This document shows, in pieces, positions 22,503 to 33,813 of a stretch of DNA of 38,786 nucleotides. The stretch comes from Octopus bimaculoides. Taxonomy: Eukaryota. How positions within the stretch are numbered: the stretch's first letter is position 1; every line of letters begins with the position of its first letter. The notes below the pieces were generated by a model. That model saw only the letters and a program-made list of their open reading frames with translations. It was not told where the DNA came from and ran no database searches. The stretch lies in contig NC_068984.1 in the NCBI RefSeq assembly GCF_001194135.2, forward strand, positions 60,111,709 through 60,150,494, given 5' to 3'. The position numbers were made by a program, and so were the translations under genes.

Positions 22503-22960
22503 CTCACATACGCACCCATAATAAATCTCACATACATACACATTAGATCTCACATGCATCCATATGCATACACAGTAGATGCTACACACACATACATCCA
22601 CAATAGATCTTACATACACACTCACACACACACACAATAGTTCTTACATATGCACATACACACGTTAGATCTTACACACATACATGTACACTCACGGTAG
22701 ACTCTACCTGCACATACATCCGCAATAGATTTTACACACACACACACAACAGCTCTTCCATGTGTACATACACACAAATCATATATACACATATACACAT
22801 TAGATCTCACACACATGCCTGCACAATATGCAGTTGATTCCACACACATATACATCCACAATAGACCTTACACACCCACACGCACACATACAATAGATCT
22901 TACACTAACCCCTCCACAACAGATCATACATGCACAAACACATACACAGTTAGCACCACA
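21650..22960 (+). repeat. Degenerate TAGATCT(T/C)ACAC minisatellite, right arm
   Basis: Many ATAGATCTCACA/ATAGATTTTACA anchors about 25-45 bp apart within CA-rich spacers. Confidence 0.8.
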
Positions 22961-23312
22961 TATATAACTGAAGACTCTACTGTGGTTTCCATATGCTACT
23001 AAACTTTGTAGTTACAGTGTGTCTGAGATATCTGTAGTATGTTGTGTTTATTTCCACTAAGTGTTTTACTTGTGATTTTATTTGAAATCATTGTCTTATT
23101 GTTGGCATCAATTCTTTATTTTGGTGGTAGGTCGAAGGGTTATTTGTGTGTGTGTGTGTTCTTATAATATGAAATTTTGTGATTTTTTTTCCTTTTGTTT
23201 TTGCTGACTCCTTCTTTAACCTTAATTTTTATTGTTTTGTTGCTGTTAGTGTCAGACTGTTCCTACTCATATATATATATATATCATGCTAGCATGGAAA
23301 GCGGACGTTAAA

Positions 23313-23396
<84 letters not shown>

Positions 23397-23857
23397 AAGT
23401 AAAAGAAACAGAGGCAAGAAGAAGAAGAAGATGAAGGAAAAATGAAAGATGTAGATGTAACAGATAAGTAAAGAAAAAAGAATAACAGCTATAATGATGT
23501 TGATGATGAAGATGATGATGACAAGAATAAAGAAAAGGTAAAAAACAACATCATCAACAACAACAGCATTAACAAGAAGAAGAAGAGGAATGATGATAAT
23601 AATGATAATAATAATGATAATAATAATAATAATAATGGCAATGATGATAATGGAGTATTTCTCTTGTGACATCCCAATATCTGATGAGAAAATGGTGATT
23701 GTGCACTTTGAAACTTGGCTTGACAACTTTTAGAAAGCCACTCACTGACTTTTCATGTATTTTGAATCGAAGTTCGGAGAAGCTTTTTTTTTTTGAGAAA
23801 ACATTTAGTTATTCTGCTGTTGTGCAAAGCCATTTCTTGATGTCAGTCATTCTTTAC

Positions 23858-23941
23858 TTCCCGACCATGAAAAATATCTTTGCGATGAGGGTTCAAGTAA
23901 GGATTCGTCACCCCATAACAAGATGAGTGAGAATGTACATC
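23858..23941 (-). other. Weak candidate 84-nt exon
   Basis: Acceptor (ct)n-ag| and donor GAA|gtaaag. The phase-0 frame is open: DVHSHSSCYGVTNPYLNPHRKDIFHGRE. The pyrimidine tract is a microsatellite. Confidence 0.2.
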
Positions 23942-24077
23942 CTAGAGAGAGAGAAAGAGAGAGAGAGAGAAAGAGGAGGGGGAAGAGAGAGTGATATGTG
24001 TGCATAAATATACACATGTAAGTGCAAACATGTGCACACACACACATGCGTACATATGCCTGTATGTTGGCACATGT

Positions 24078-24122
<45 letters not shown>

Positions 24123-24374
24123 TACACACACATTTTCATAATTCACATGCAAACATATATTCAAAGAAATACAAATGTCTGTGTATGCACATGATTTGTG
24201 TGTATGTATATNNNNNNNNNNNNNNNNNNNNNNNNNNNNNNNNNNNNNNNNNNNNNNNNNNNNNNNNNNNNNNNNNNNNNNNNNNNNNNNNNNNNNNNNN
24301 NNNNNNNNNNNNNNNNNNNNNNNNNNNNNNNNNNNNNNNNNNNNNNNNNNNNNNNNNNNNNNNNNNNNNNNNNN

Positions 24375-24427
<53 letters not shown>

Positions 24428-24440
24428 ATAATAATAATAA

Positions 24441-25420
24441 TTGAGAGCTTAATGAGATACCTAGCCCAAAGTAAGGAAACCTTGCTAGTGACAGTTAGGA
24501 ATGAGGGAGTATTGAGAGCAGAGAAAAAAGGGAAAACAAAGGAAGAAGTACAAAAAGGATGTGATGAAGAATTACGCAACAATGGACTACACAATCAATT
24601 CCATGTAGCCACAACAGAAGTTGCTGGAAAAAATAGGTGGGATTGGCTGATGAAAGGAACCCTAAAAAAAAGAGACCAAGAGTACTATACTGGCAATGCA
24701 GGACCAAGCTTTGGCCATGAACTGGAGGGTCAACCTTATGAATGAGCAAGTGTCTCCGCTGTGCTGCTTCTGCAATAGAGTGGATGAAACCATTGCCCAT
24801 ATGAACGAATTCCTTAGACTTGCCCAAAACCACTACAAATTGTGGTGACATGACCAGGTAGTGAAAGTGCTACATTGGAAACTGTGTGAAAAGTGGGGGC
24901 TAGAGAGAGGCAAGACATGGTATGAACACAAACTGCAGAGAGTGGCAGAGTTGGAGACTAGCAAAATCCTCTGGGATTTCCCAAATTAAACAGGTTAGGT
25001 ACTAGAGCATAACAGACCGGACATAGTAGTGGTGGACAAGGTGCACCACATATGCTATATAGTTGATGTTGCATACCCCTTTGACCCACGAATAGTCAAG
25101 AAGGAAGACGAAAAGATAAATACAACCCTCTTAAGTACAAAATAGCCTGGTTATGGAAAATGAAGAAGGTGAAGATAGTGCCAATTATTGTTTGATCCTT
25201 GGGAACAGTATCAGAAGGCATCAAGCGGAATATAAAGGAAATTGGAATTGATTTCTCAGTAGAACTGTTACAAAAGGTTTGCCTTCTTGGCATGGCCAGA
25301 ATAATGAGGAATAATGAGCTGTAAAGAACAAATAGCATGGTACTGTAGGCTGCAGGTAGTAAGCCTGTTATGCATGCAAGACTCCAGAAGCTCCAACAAA
25401 ACCTGTGTTACAGAGAAAAT
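24441..25420 (+). mobile_element. R4/Dong-clade non-LTR retrotransposon, 5' truncated, degraded
   Basis: WDWLMKGTLKK; LCCFCNRVDETIAH; HDQVVKVLHWKLC; WYEH; KILWDF; NRPDIVVVDK..CYIVDVAYPFD..IVKKEDEK (PD..D..K RLE); LLQKVCLLGMARIMR. Flanked by (TAA)n on both sides. Confidence 0.9.
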
Positions 25421-25424
25421 AATG

Positions 25425-25487
<63 letters not shown>

Positions 25488-25500
25488 GTAATAATAATAA

Positions 25501-25655
25501 GCTAGGTGTATTACAAAAATTGGCATTACTTGGAACTGCACACATATTGTGTAAAGTATTGTCAGCCTGAGGTCCTTGTTGTGACTTGACAGACAGTTCA
25601 AACCCCTGGTAGATATAGTATCTTCAATTAATAACATCATGATATTGGATACTTA
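25501..25655 (+). mobile_element. Second R4/Dong-type 3' end from a different subfamily
   Basis: LGVLQKLALLGTAHILCKVLSA* plus a different 3' UTR, bounded by (TAA)n tracts on both sides. Confidence 0.8.
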
Positions 25656-25702
<47 letters not shown>

Positions 25703-25705
<3 letters not shown>

Positions 25706-25912
25706 TTTCAAATTTTGGTACAAGGTTGACTATTTGGGGGCGGGGAGTTAAGTGAGTTACATCTACCCCAGAGCTCAACTGGTATTTATTTTATTGACCT
25801 GGAAATGATGAAAGGTAGAGTCGACCTCAGATAAATTTAAACTCAGAACATAAAGAGGAGTGAAATATCTGCTTTGCATTTTGCCTACTGTGCTAATGAT
25901 TCTGTCAGCTCT
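25703..25912 (-). mobile_element. SINE family B
   Basis: Matches 2236-2422 and 14828-14993. Confidence 0.8.
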
Positions 25913-26012
25913 AACATTGTATTGAGATCAAATTTATAAGTAGAGGTTATTATCATATGTTTGATAAATGTATTCCTAATTTCTCTTTGAAAAATAGGAC
26001 CTATTAACTCAC

Positions 26013-26113
26013 AGGGCTCTCAGCAACCAGGGACCAAAGTAATGAATTAGTTTCAGATTTTGTAAAATCCATCATCTAGATTGGCTTAATCTTTCCCGTT
26101 GAATGACAAATTT
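26013..26113 (-). other. Candidate exon containing a possible start codon
   Basis: Acceptor ttttttccttttccataaagcag| and donor CCT|gtgagt. ATGATG at 26075 gives MMDFTKSETNSLLWSLVAESP. An 87-nt GT-AG intron candidate lies upstream at 26114-26200. Confidence 0.3.
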
Positions 26114-26439
26114 CTGCTTTATGGAAAAGGAAAAAAGTATATATATAAACATCATTGGACTTGAATCAATCTTATTTACACTGCATAAAGGAGTGCTCAC
26201 CATGTTCTCACAGCAACCAGCAAAATTTAAGCAAATCCAATGACAGCTTTCTACAAAGCCAAAACTCATCCATTAGGTGTCTTAATCTCTCTCTCTGGCT
26301 GCTAAGAACCCTGTATTTTTTATACAGGATCTCTTGTCATAGCAAATTTAAAATTATGTTTATTAAATTTTATCAATTCTATGATTGTAATTCTGTTTGT
26401 GGATTGGGTAGATGGAAACTCAAAGAAGAACATTGTATG

Positions 26440-26477
<38 letters not shown>

Positions 26478-26497
26478 TGTGCGTGTGTATCTATCTT

Positions 26498-26558
<61 letters not shown>

Positions 26559-26589
26559 GTGTTGAGATCGTAGTTGTGGCTGATGTCAG

Positions 26590-26760
26590 TGTTGTGTAAC
26601 TGGCCCATTGAAAGCACCCTTCAATCGTTGGGCGATATGCTGTGCTTGTGAAGACCTGTCGAACTAAGTGAAGTTGTAGTCATGGACAGTGCCAGTGCCA
26701 TCTGACTGGCACCCATGCCATCATAGAAAATGGACATTAAATGATGATGCTGATGATGAT
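26590..26760 (+). mobile_element. Family C-like fragment
   Basis: GCCAGTGCCATCTGACTGGCACCCATG...GGACATTAAATGATGATG. Confidence 0.6.
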
Positions 26761-27943
26761 GTATCTTTGTGTGTATTTGTGTCACTTTGTCTTCACATTA
26801 CATGTAGATGTAAAGGAGTGTCACTGTTATACAAGTAATATTGTTGATTACCAATATACTGTGAAAACATGTCTGACTATGTTGGTGACAGGGAGGAGAT
26901 CCAGCATTAGAAAATCTGCCTCAATAGAATTTGCCTGACCCATGCAAGCAGAGAAATGATGATGATGGTGTTGATGATGATGATGATGATGATGATTATG
27001 TATATATATATATATATATANNNNNNNNNNNNNNNNNNNNNNNNNNNNNNNNNNNNNNNNNNNNNNNNNNNNNNNNNNNNNNNNNNNNNNNNNNNNNNNN
27101 NNNNNNNNNNNNNNNNNNNNNNNNNNNNNNNNNNNNNNNNNNNNNNNNNNNNNNNNNNNNNNNNNNNNNNNNNNNNNNNNNNNNNNNNNNNNNNNNNNNN
27201 NNNNNNNNNNNNNNNNNNNNNNNNNNNNNNNNNNNNNNNNNNNNNNNNNNNNNNNNNNNNNNNNNNNNNNNNNNNNNNNNNNNNNNNNNNNNNNNNNNNN
27301 NNNNNNNNNNNNNNNNNNNNNNNNNNNNNNNNNNNNNNNNNNNNNNNNNNNNNNNNNNNNNNNNNNNNNNNNNNNNNNNNNNNNNNNNNNNNNNNNNNNN
27401 NNNNNNNNNNNNNNNNNNNNNNNNNNNNNNNNNNNNNNNNNNNNNNNNNNNNNNNNNNNNNNNNNNNNNNNNNNNNNNNNNNNNNNNNNNNNNNNNNNNN
27501 NNNNNNNNNNNNNNNNNNNNNNNNNNNNNNATATATATATATATATAAACTAAAAAGCAGAAAAGTATAAATTTCTTATATAGTTCTTAATTTGTGTGTG
27601 TTCAACAGATGCTTCAATAGAGTAAAAACGTCATCACTTATATAATTATGTAATTACAGTACACAATTAAAATACATAATTGATTTATGAGTGATGGTTT
27701 ACCTATTTCTTCTGTAGGAGACAGAGAGAAAAAATGCCCTGAAATTAAAGAAATTATTATTGTTTTTAGTCTGTTGAAACAACTGTTGGAGACAATTACA
27801 TTATGAATTATGTGTTAAATTTATGCTTTTCTGCTTTATATTCTAAAAATGTTGTTCTCAACTATTGTTTAATCAGTTCTGTATAGACATGCAAGTTTAT
27901 TCCACCAGTATTTACTGTATTGTAATAATTTATTGGAGTTTAA

Positions 27944-28070
27944 CCCCTTAGCGTTCAGATTACTATGTCAAATGTAAGCATACTTATTCACATTGTTTTG
28001 AATTAGTCATGAATTATCTTGAAACTTTCAGATTTCAATGATATGACTGCTTGTTTTTATTACTGAATGA
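27944..28070. mobile_element. Partial TTAA MITE (10510 family, reverse orientation)
   Basis: TTAA-CCCCTTAGCGTTCAGATTAC...TTATTCACATTGTTTTGAATTA. Confidence 0.65.
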
Positions 28071-28128
28071 GTCAATAGCTTAGTCATCGTTCAGTGATAC
28101 ACATATATACACACACATATATATGTCT

Positions 28129-28180
<52 letters not shown>

Positions 28181-28868
28181 AATTCAAATAATAAGACAAA
28201 GAAATACTGTAACACATCTTTAATGATCAGTTACAATTGTTTTTGCACCAACTCTGCTTACATTGTCTGTTTCTGCAAAGTTTCAAGGTGAAGATTTATG
28301 TAATTTTACAATTTTAGATATTTGAGTGGTACTTCATCAGACTTGCATCAATGGTGTGCTCTTACATTGTGCATCTTCCAGACTTTGTGTTGTAAGGCAG
28401 TCTTTTGCCACTGTTGTATCTGGTTTTTGATGATGGTTGTTGCTCTGACAGATATTGTTATCTTTCAAAGTCGTAGAAAGAATGTTTCAATCTGGCATTG
28501 TATGACCTGCAGTTGTACAGTGTTATTATCCTCAAAAGATTTAACCGTTATAACGTTCACTCAGTATCACAGTATAATTACTATATTGGCACAGACATGA
28601 CTATCAGCACAGTCTACATGTACTCTCAACCTTCATGACCTTCCTGTCAACCGGCTACTAGTCTATTTATAATGGCTGGCTACTACCACTTTTTTACTAG
28701 AAGTGGTGTATAGTTTCACTATACAACACTTTGTTTTTTGCTTAAATCAAGAGGAAACAAAAATGTAAATAAAAGTAAACAAAAATGTGGCTATAAATAG
28801 TATAGAGAACATGTGAAAAGATGAAAAGGATGGAGAGAAAGAAGAAGAAGAAGAAAGAAAAGAACATA

Positions 28869-28914
<46 letters not shown>

Positions 28915-29736
28915 CTAGCAGAAAGACCACCCTCCGGGTGGTTTTCTGCTAGCCACTTGATAATATTTCCCCATTTGATTCCCAATTCTAATAATTTTTA
29001 TGATATTTTAAGTCTAATTACTTTCTTGTATTATAGTGCTCACTTGCTTAGTAAATATTGCTTTCATCATTTTATCACAGTCATAATCTCTCTTTTTTAA
29101 ATAAACATTAAGGTAGTCCAACTATGTGTAATGTGTGAAAAAATAGTAGCGATCACATTGAGATATATCAAATAGCCATAGCAACAAATTCACTCGTTAA
29201 TTCTTAGGTAATGACGGAAAGGAAATAAGTTACATGAGTTCGAAGCTTCAGTGAGTTTTAATAAGCTGTCCAATATAATTTATTTTCAGTGTGTATAAAC
29301 AATAAACTGAGGGCATTTACACAATGAATTTAAGTCAACAAAATACTTGATTTCCTCATCTGAAATAACAAAATAAAACTTGAAATGAAAAAATTGCAAT
29401 GAATATGTATTAAGTAGATTATTATTAATGAAAACAATTAGATGCGAGAGAGAGAAACTGAGAGACTGTGTTGCAAATGAAGATGAAAATTTTGTCAGAA
29501 CATATTAATATTGTTTATCAAATGTTACAACCTACTCTGTAATGAACGCAAAGCTTGGCAACAAATATTTAAATTTGTGATAGTAAATAATAACAGATGC
29601 TTCAAAAGTGCCTTTGTATCAGTATATATTAACAGAGGAATTAATAAAAATTTCACAGTCAAATCTATAATATGGCTATTATGGAGGGTGTGACTAACTA
29701 ACTAACTAATAGACATCACAGAGATTTATATGTAGA
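28915..29736 (-). mobile_element. Non-autonomous Helitron, 822 bp
   Basis: Minus strand starts a|TCTACATATAAA (29736) and ends in a 17-bp hairpin with CTAG|t (28915), in an (AT)n target. Confidence 0.8.
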
Positions 29737-31706
29737 TATATAGCTGAGTCAATCTGTTATATGTATTTATCATTAATAATTGGTAGAACTTACATAGGTG
29801 TGCATAGACAGATAGACAGATGGACGGAAGTCTGGTACTGTTGAAACACATGGGAATGGCATTTCCTTTTTCAAATATACTCAAATTTAAAATGATCTAA
29901 TATAATGATATCATTCATCTGGCATGTGTTGAAATATGCCAAAACAATTTAATTTCTCACAAATATATGTTACTTTACATATAATTTATGTGTTAATTCT
30001 ATTTACTGAAACTTGCTAAAAAGTATATTTTGCTTTAAAGTAGTATCTCCTTGTAGACACAATTGTCAGTAATCATACTGTTTCCATTTCTCTCAGCCGA
30101 TATTTTTACATTAGCCTTTTTTCAAAGTCTAGATAATGTATCATACAGCTGACCATGTGAGAAGAATTGTGTAGGAAGATATATTCCAGTTTCTTCAAAA
30201 GTCTGTCCCTGTGCCTTGTTGCATGTCAAGGCAAAAGATGGCTTGACAGGAAATTGTTTGCATGTAAATGTGAATGGAAATTCCATTGATTGAGATACAT
30301 GTGGTATTCTTGGAATTAGCAGAGTTGATCCTGCATAAGGACCAGAAACAACCTCAGCCTCAATAACATGATCATATAAACTGATAGTGATGTAGCGTGT
30401 ATCAGTGCAATGTCCATTAGTAGCATCTAAATTTCTCAGAAGTATTATGCAGCACTTTTTCTTCAGTTTGAGAATATGTGGTGTAAGTTTGTTGATGATC
30501 TCGATTGGGTACAGAGTTTCATTCTCAACTGTATCTGAGCTTCTGTATATTTTTAGCTCACCAGGGATCCTGGTCAACAGAAAATCCTTTACAAATTGTG
30601 CTGCTTCATCTGTTGGAGTAACAATGGTTCTATTTGCAAGCCACACAGGGTTTGTGAAGTTAGTTTTCAGGTCAGTATATACAAAATCACATAGATTTGA
30701 AAGAGTACCACTTTCAAGGCAAAGGTCATTGGGTAGTTTGATTTTGGATTCACCCTAGGCTTTGTTCAACAGAAATGTTACCATTTCCTACATCAAGAAG
30801 GTAATTAGCAAACTCTCTTTCATCAGAATGACCTTCTGTAAGAAGTTTTAGATTGGTTGTCAGCTCCACTGCTTCCACATGATCACAAAGAAAAGACCTC
30901 TTTAGTGTTGCATCAACAATTTGTGATCTGACACCATTATTTTGAAGTAGAATATTCTCCTCTCAAGATACCCTAATCAGTCGGTCATGTGTAGTGGAAA
31001 CAAAATCATGTCTATATTCCCGTGCATATTCAGACATCTGTTTCAGTCACTTTGCCTTGGTTTCATCTGATTCAATTGCCCGTCTTTCTCTCTGTTGTTG
31101 TGCTTTTGCTGCTAAATTTTCTTTTTCAGTTGCATATTATAAGTAAAAGTTCATTAAAAACTATCTTGTTTAGCATGCTAGAAATAGCAGCGATCACATA
31201 GTTATTATTGTAAGGCTTATAGCATTCCAAGCAGCCATACGAACAAAATCACTTCATTTAAAAAATGAAATTATACCGGTATATTAAAAATTTTCATTTT
31301 ATCAAACATATTCATTTAACAAACTCTGGAAACTGATAATATTCTTGAAATTGTGCCTCATATCAAAGTTATATAGCTATTATTGAATTAATGACAATAG
31401 AGGCAAGCGAGAATGAGAGACTGTTGCAAATAAAAACGTAAAATGTTGCCTGTAACGAATTAATAGTGTTTATTATTAAACATTAAAAATCTACTCCGCA
31501 GTGAATGCAATGAATATTCAAATTTGCAAGAATTTGGAATTAGAAAATTCAAGATACTTCAGAAATCGAAATATAGGAAATTTCTAAGAACATGAATTTA
31601 TAAAAATATTTCCAGACGGTCAAGCTTTTAACATTGCTTTCTTTTAGTACTTTTAGTAATTGTTACATACTTAATTAATAAGCAGCTTTCTCCATTATAG
31701 TATAGA
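29737..31706 (-). mobile_element. Helitron with a helicase remnant; own 3' end missing or degenerate
   Basis: Minus strand starts a|TCTATACTATAATGG (31706). The 5' subterminal region 31170-31530 is homologous to 29140-29560. Carries Pif1-like coding sequence. Confidence 0.8.
30122..30959 (-). pseudogene. Helitron RepHel Pif1-family helicase C-terminal pseudogene
   Basis: GVRSQIVDATLKRSFLC..VELTTNLK..FANYLLDVGNG, then a +1 frameshift near 30755, then LANRTIVTPT, LLRNLD..NGHC, IPRI, KQFPVKPSFALTCNKAQGQT, FSHGQLYDTLSR. Confidence 0.92.
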
Positions 31707-31709
31707 TAC

Positions 31710-32118
31710 ACATACAAGTGTTGGGCCTCACGGAGGCAAAGTGGCTGAGTTCCATTCGAGTGTTGGGCCTCAGGGAAGCAAAGGGGCTGAGTTCCTTTTG
31801 AGTGTTGGATCTCACAAAGGCAATAACTGAAACATTTGGCATTATGTCATGCTTGAGAAGACCCATCAAACCAAGCATAAAGGCAGTCATGGCAGATACT
31901 GGTGTCATGCAAATGGCACCTATGCTGGTGGCATGCAAAAGCACCCATTACACTCTCAGAGCATTTGGTGTTAGGAATGGCATCCAGCCATAGAAAACCA
32001 TGCCAAATCAGACTGGAGTCTGGTGCAGCCTTCCAGCTTACCAGCCCTGGTCAACCCGTCCAACCCATGCCAGCATGGACAACAGACGTTAAATGATGAT
32101 GATGATGATGATGATGAT
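31710..32118 (+). mobile_element. Family C retroposon with a 42-bp repeat block
   Basis: 42-bp units start at 31717, 31759 and 31801. Family C body and (GAT)n tail follow. Confidence 0.85.
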
Positions 32119-32119
32119 A

Positions 32120-32328
32120 CAGGAGTAGGTTGCTGAAACACTCTTGGTTTTAAGGCCTAGCTGGAGACCCAACCTTCTGATTTCTATTACAGGACTATAG
32201 ACAAACTGAAGGACCACTGCAATAAGTGTGTGAATCTGAGATAGGAATATGTTGAATAAAATCATAATTAAGTGATCCTCCTGTATTTTCTTTTACCCAA
32301 AGCCAGGAACTTTTCAGCATCCCCTCGT
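32120..32328. mobile_element. Mariner-derived MITE
   Basis: TIR AGCCAGGAACTTTTCAGCATCCCCTCG; same family as 6446. Confidence 0.8.
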
Positions 32329-32349
32329 GTGTGCTTGCGTGTGTGTGTG

Positions 32350-32401
<52 letters not shown>

Positions 32402-32512
32402 TTCTTAACATATAAAGGCAGACTTGAACTTGAACATGGCTTATTGTTGATGGCTTTCATCTTTGAAGAACAATTTCTCCTTATAGATGAAATGTATAAA
32501 TAACATTCTCAC

Positions 32513-32612
32513 TTCATTGATGTCTGTGGGTTATCAGAATCTGTAAGGTTGTGCCACTCAATGAGAGATACTGCCCAGACCTCCCGGGCTAGATGAGAAC
32601 AACTGTTCCTGT
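32513..32612 (-). other. Candidate 100-nt exon
   Basis: Acceptor ctgctaatttctatag| and donor GAA|gtgaga. One frame is open: RNSCSHLAREVWAVSLIEWHNLTDSDNPQTSM. No recognisable homology. Confidence 0.3.
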
Positions 32613-33192
32613 CTATAGAAATTAGCAGATGAGACATTTTCCTGATGCATGATAGGACCTATCAAGCTGATATATTATTATGAGTTTGCAAAACAACAAG
32701 AATCAAAACAGTGATTAGTATTGCTCATTCTTAATGCATTCCAGCTGATGTGAATGTGAATATGGCTTCTTAGTTTTGGATTTCATCTTTGGATATAATT
32801 TCTTTATATGATATATCTGCATGCATGCATGCATGTATGTGGACAGGTCAATAGGTAAGTATACATGTGTTTGTCTGTGTGTAGTGCAATTTAAAACTTA
32901 AATTGCATGACAGATAACCAATAGTTAGAACTCTGTGTGTATTCCCATTTGCGTTATTGTACTTGTATCATTTGGTATGACCCCAACGTTTGGGTGTATC
33001 ACAGTGTACATGTAGAAAAAAGAAAAACAAAGCATAGAATATTGTTTATAAGATTTTCAGTTACACTATCTTATGTAGATTTCAGTAACAAATAATGATT
33101 ATTAGTTTCATATTAATTTCATAAGGTGAAGTACATAACCAAAGTGTATTGTCAAATCTTCAATGACTTGTAGCTTTTATATGCAATACAAA

Positions 33193-33293
33193 TGGATTAT
33201 TGAATTCTTGACAGAAGCAATGATCATAGGGATAGTGAATATCTGTTTGGTAGCCACCATGATGGTTACTTCTGTCAACAATTCAATAATCCA
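33193..33293. other. Imperfect 35-bp stem-loop (pre-miRNA-like)
   Basis: TGGATTATTGAATTCTTGACAGAAGCAATGATCAT pairs with ATGATGGTTACTTCTGTCAACAATTCAATAATCCA, with 3 mismatches and 1 G-U pair. Confidence 0.55.
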
Positions 33294-33431
33294 GTAATGC
33301 TATATATAAAGGTTACATGTCTCTGAAGTCTTGGCTATGCATTTTGATTATGTATTATGCTATTCACTAACTAATTATGAAATATGCGAAGGTAATGTAA
33401 CTAAATATCTTCTAAACAATTTCTCATGTTT

Positions 33432-33482
<51 letters not shown>

Positions 33483-33540
33483 AATATATATATGTATATA
33501 TATACATGCACACACACAAATATATATATATATATATATA

Positions 33541-33813
33541 TCTGTAAAAATATGTGACACTTATTCAGTAGCCATGATAAAACTCCGAATTTCGGATGAC
33601 AGGGTGGGAGCCCACGCCAACATCTCTTCAGTTATCCGACTAATTATGTGTTATGCTATTCACTAACTAATTATGAAATATGTGAAGGTAATGTAACTAA
33701 ATATCTTCTATTGGCCGGATAACTGAAGAGACGTTGGCGTGGGCTCCCACCCTGGCATCCGAAACTCGGAGTTTTATCATGGCTACTGAATAAGTGTCAC
33801 ATATTTTTACAGA
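33541..33813. repeat. 98-bp inverted repeat (Penelope pLTR-like) with a spacer copied from upstream
   Basis: Arms 33541-33638 and 33716-33813 differ at 3 positions. 33643-33710 equals 33347-33414 with 2 differences. Confidence 0.9.
33712..33785 (+). ncRNA. Type I hammerhead-like motif (mirror copy on - strand at about 33569-33642)
   Basis: GCC-G-GATAA [CTGAAGA] G...C [GAAA] CT-CGG-AG-T-T TTATC-AT-GGC. Core boxes are intact, the triplet is GUU, and stem II needs one bulged C. Confidence 0.6.

Noticed and set aside
23681-23725. CTGATGA...GAAAC hammerhead-like boxes
   Set aside because: No stem III/NUH and no stem I complementarity.
28364-28459. Possible 96-nt minus-strand exon (NNICQSNNHHQKPDTTVAKDCLTTQSLEDAQ) with a GTAAGA donor
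   Set aside because: The acceptor is weak (gaaag), and two frames are open by chance.
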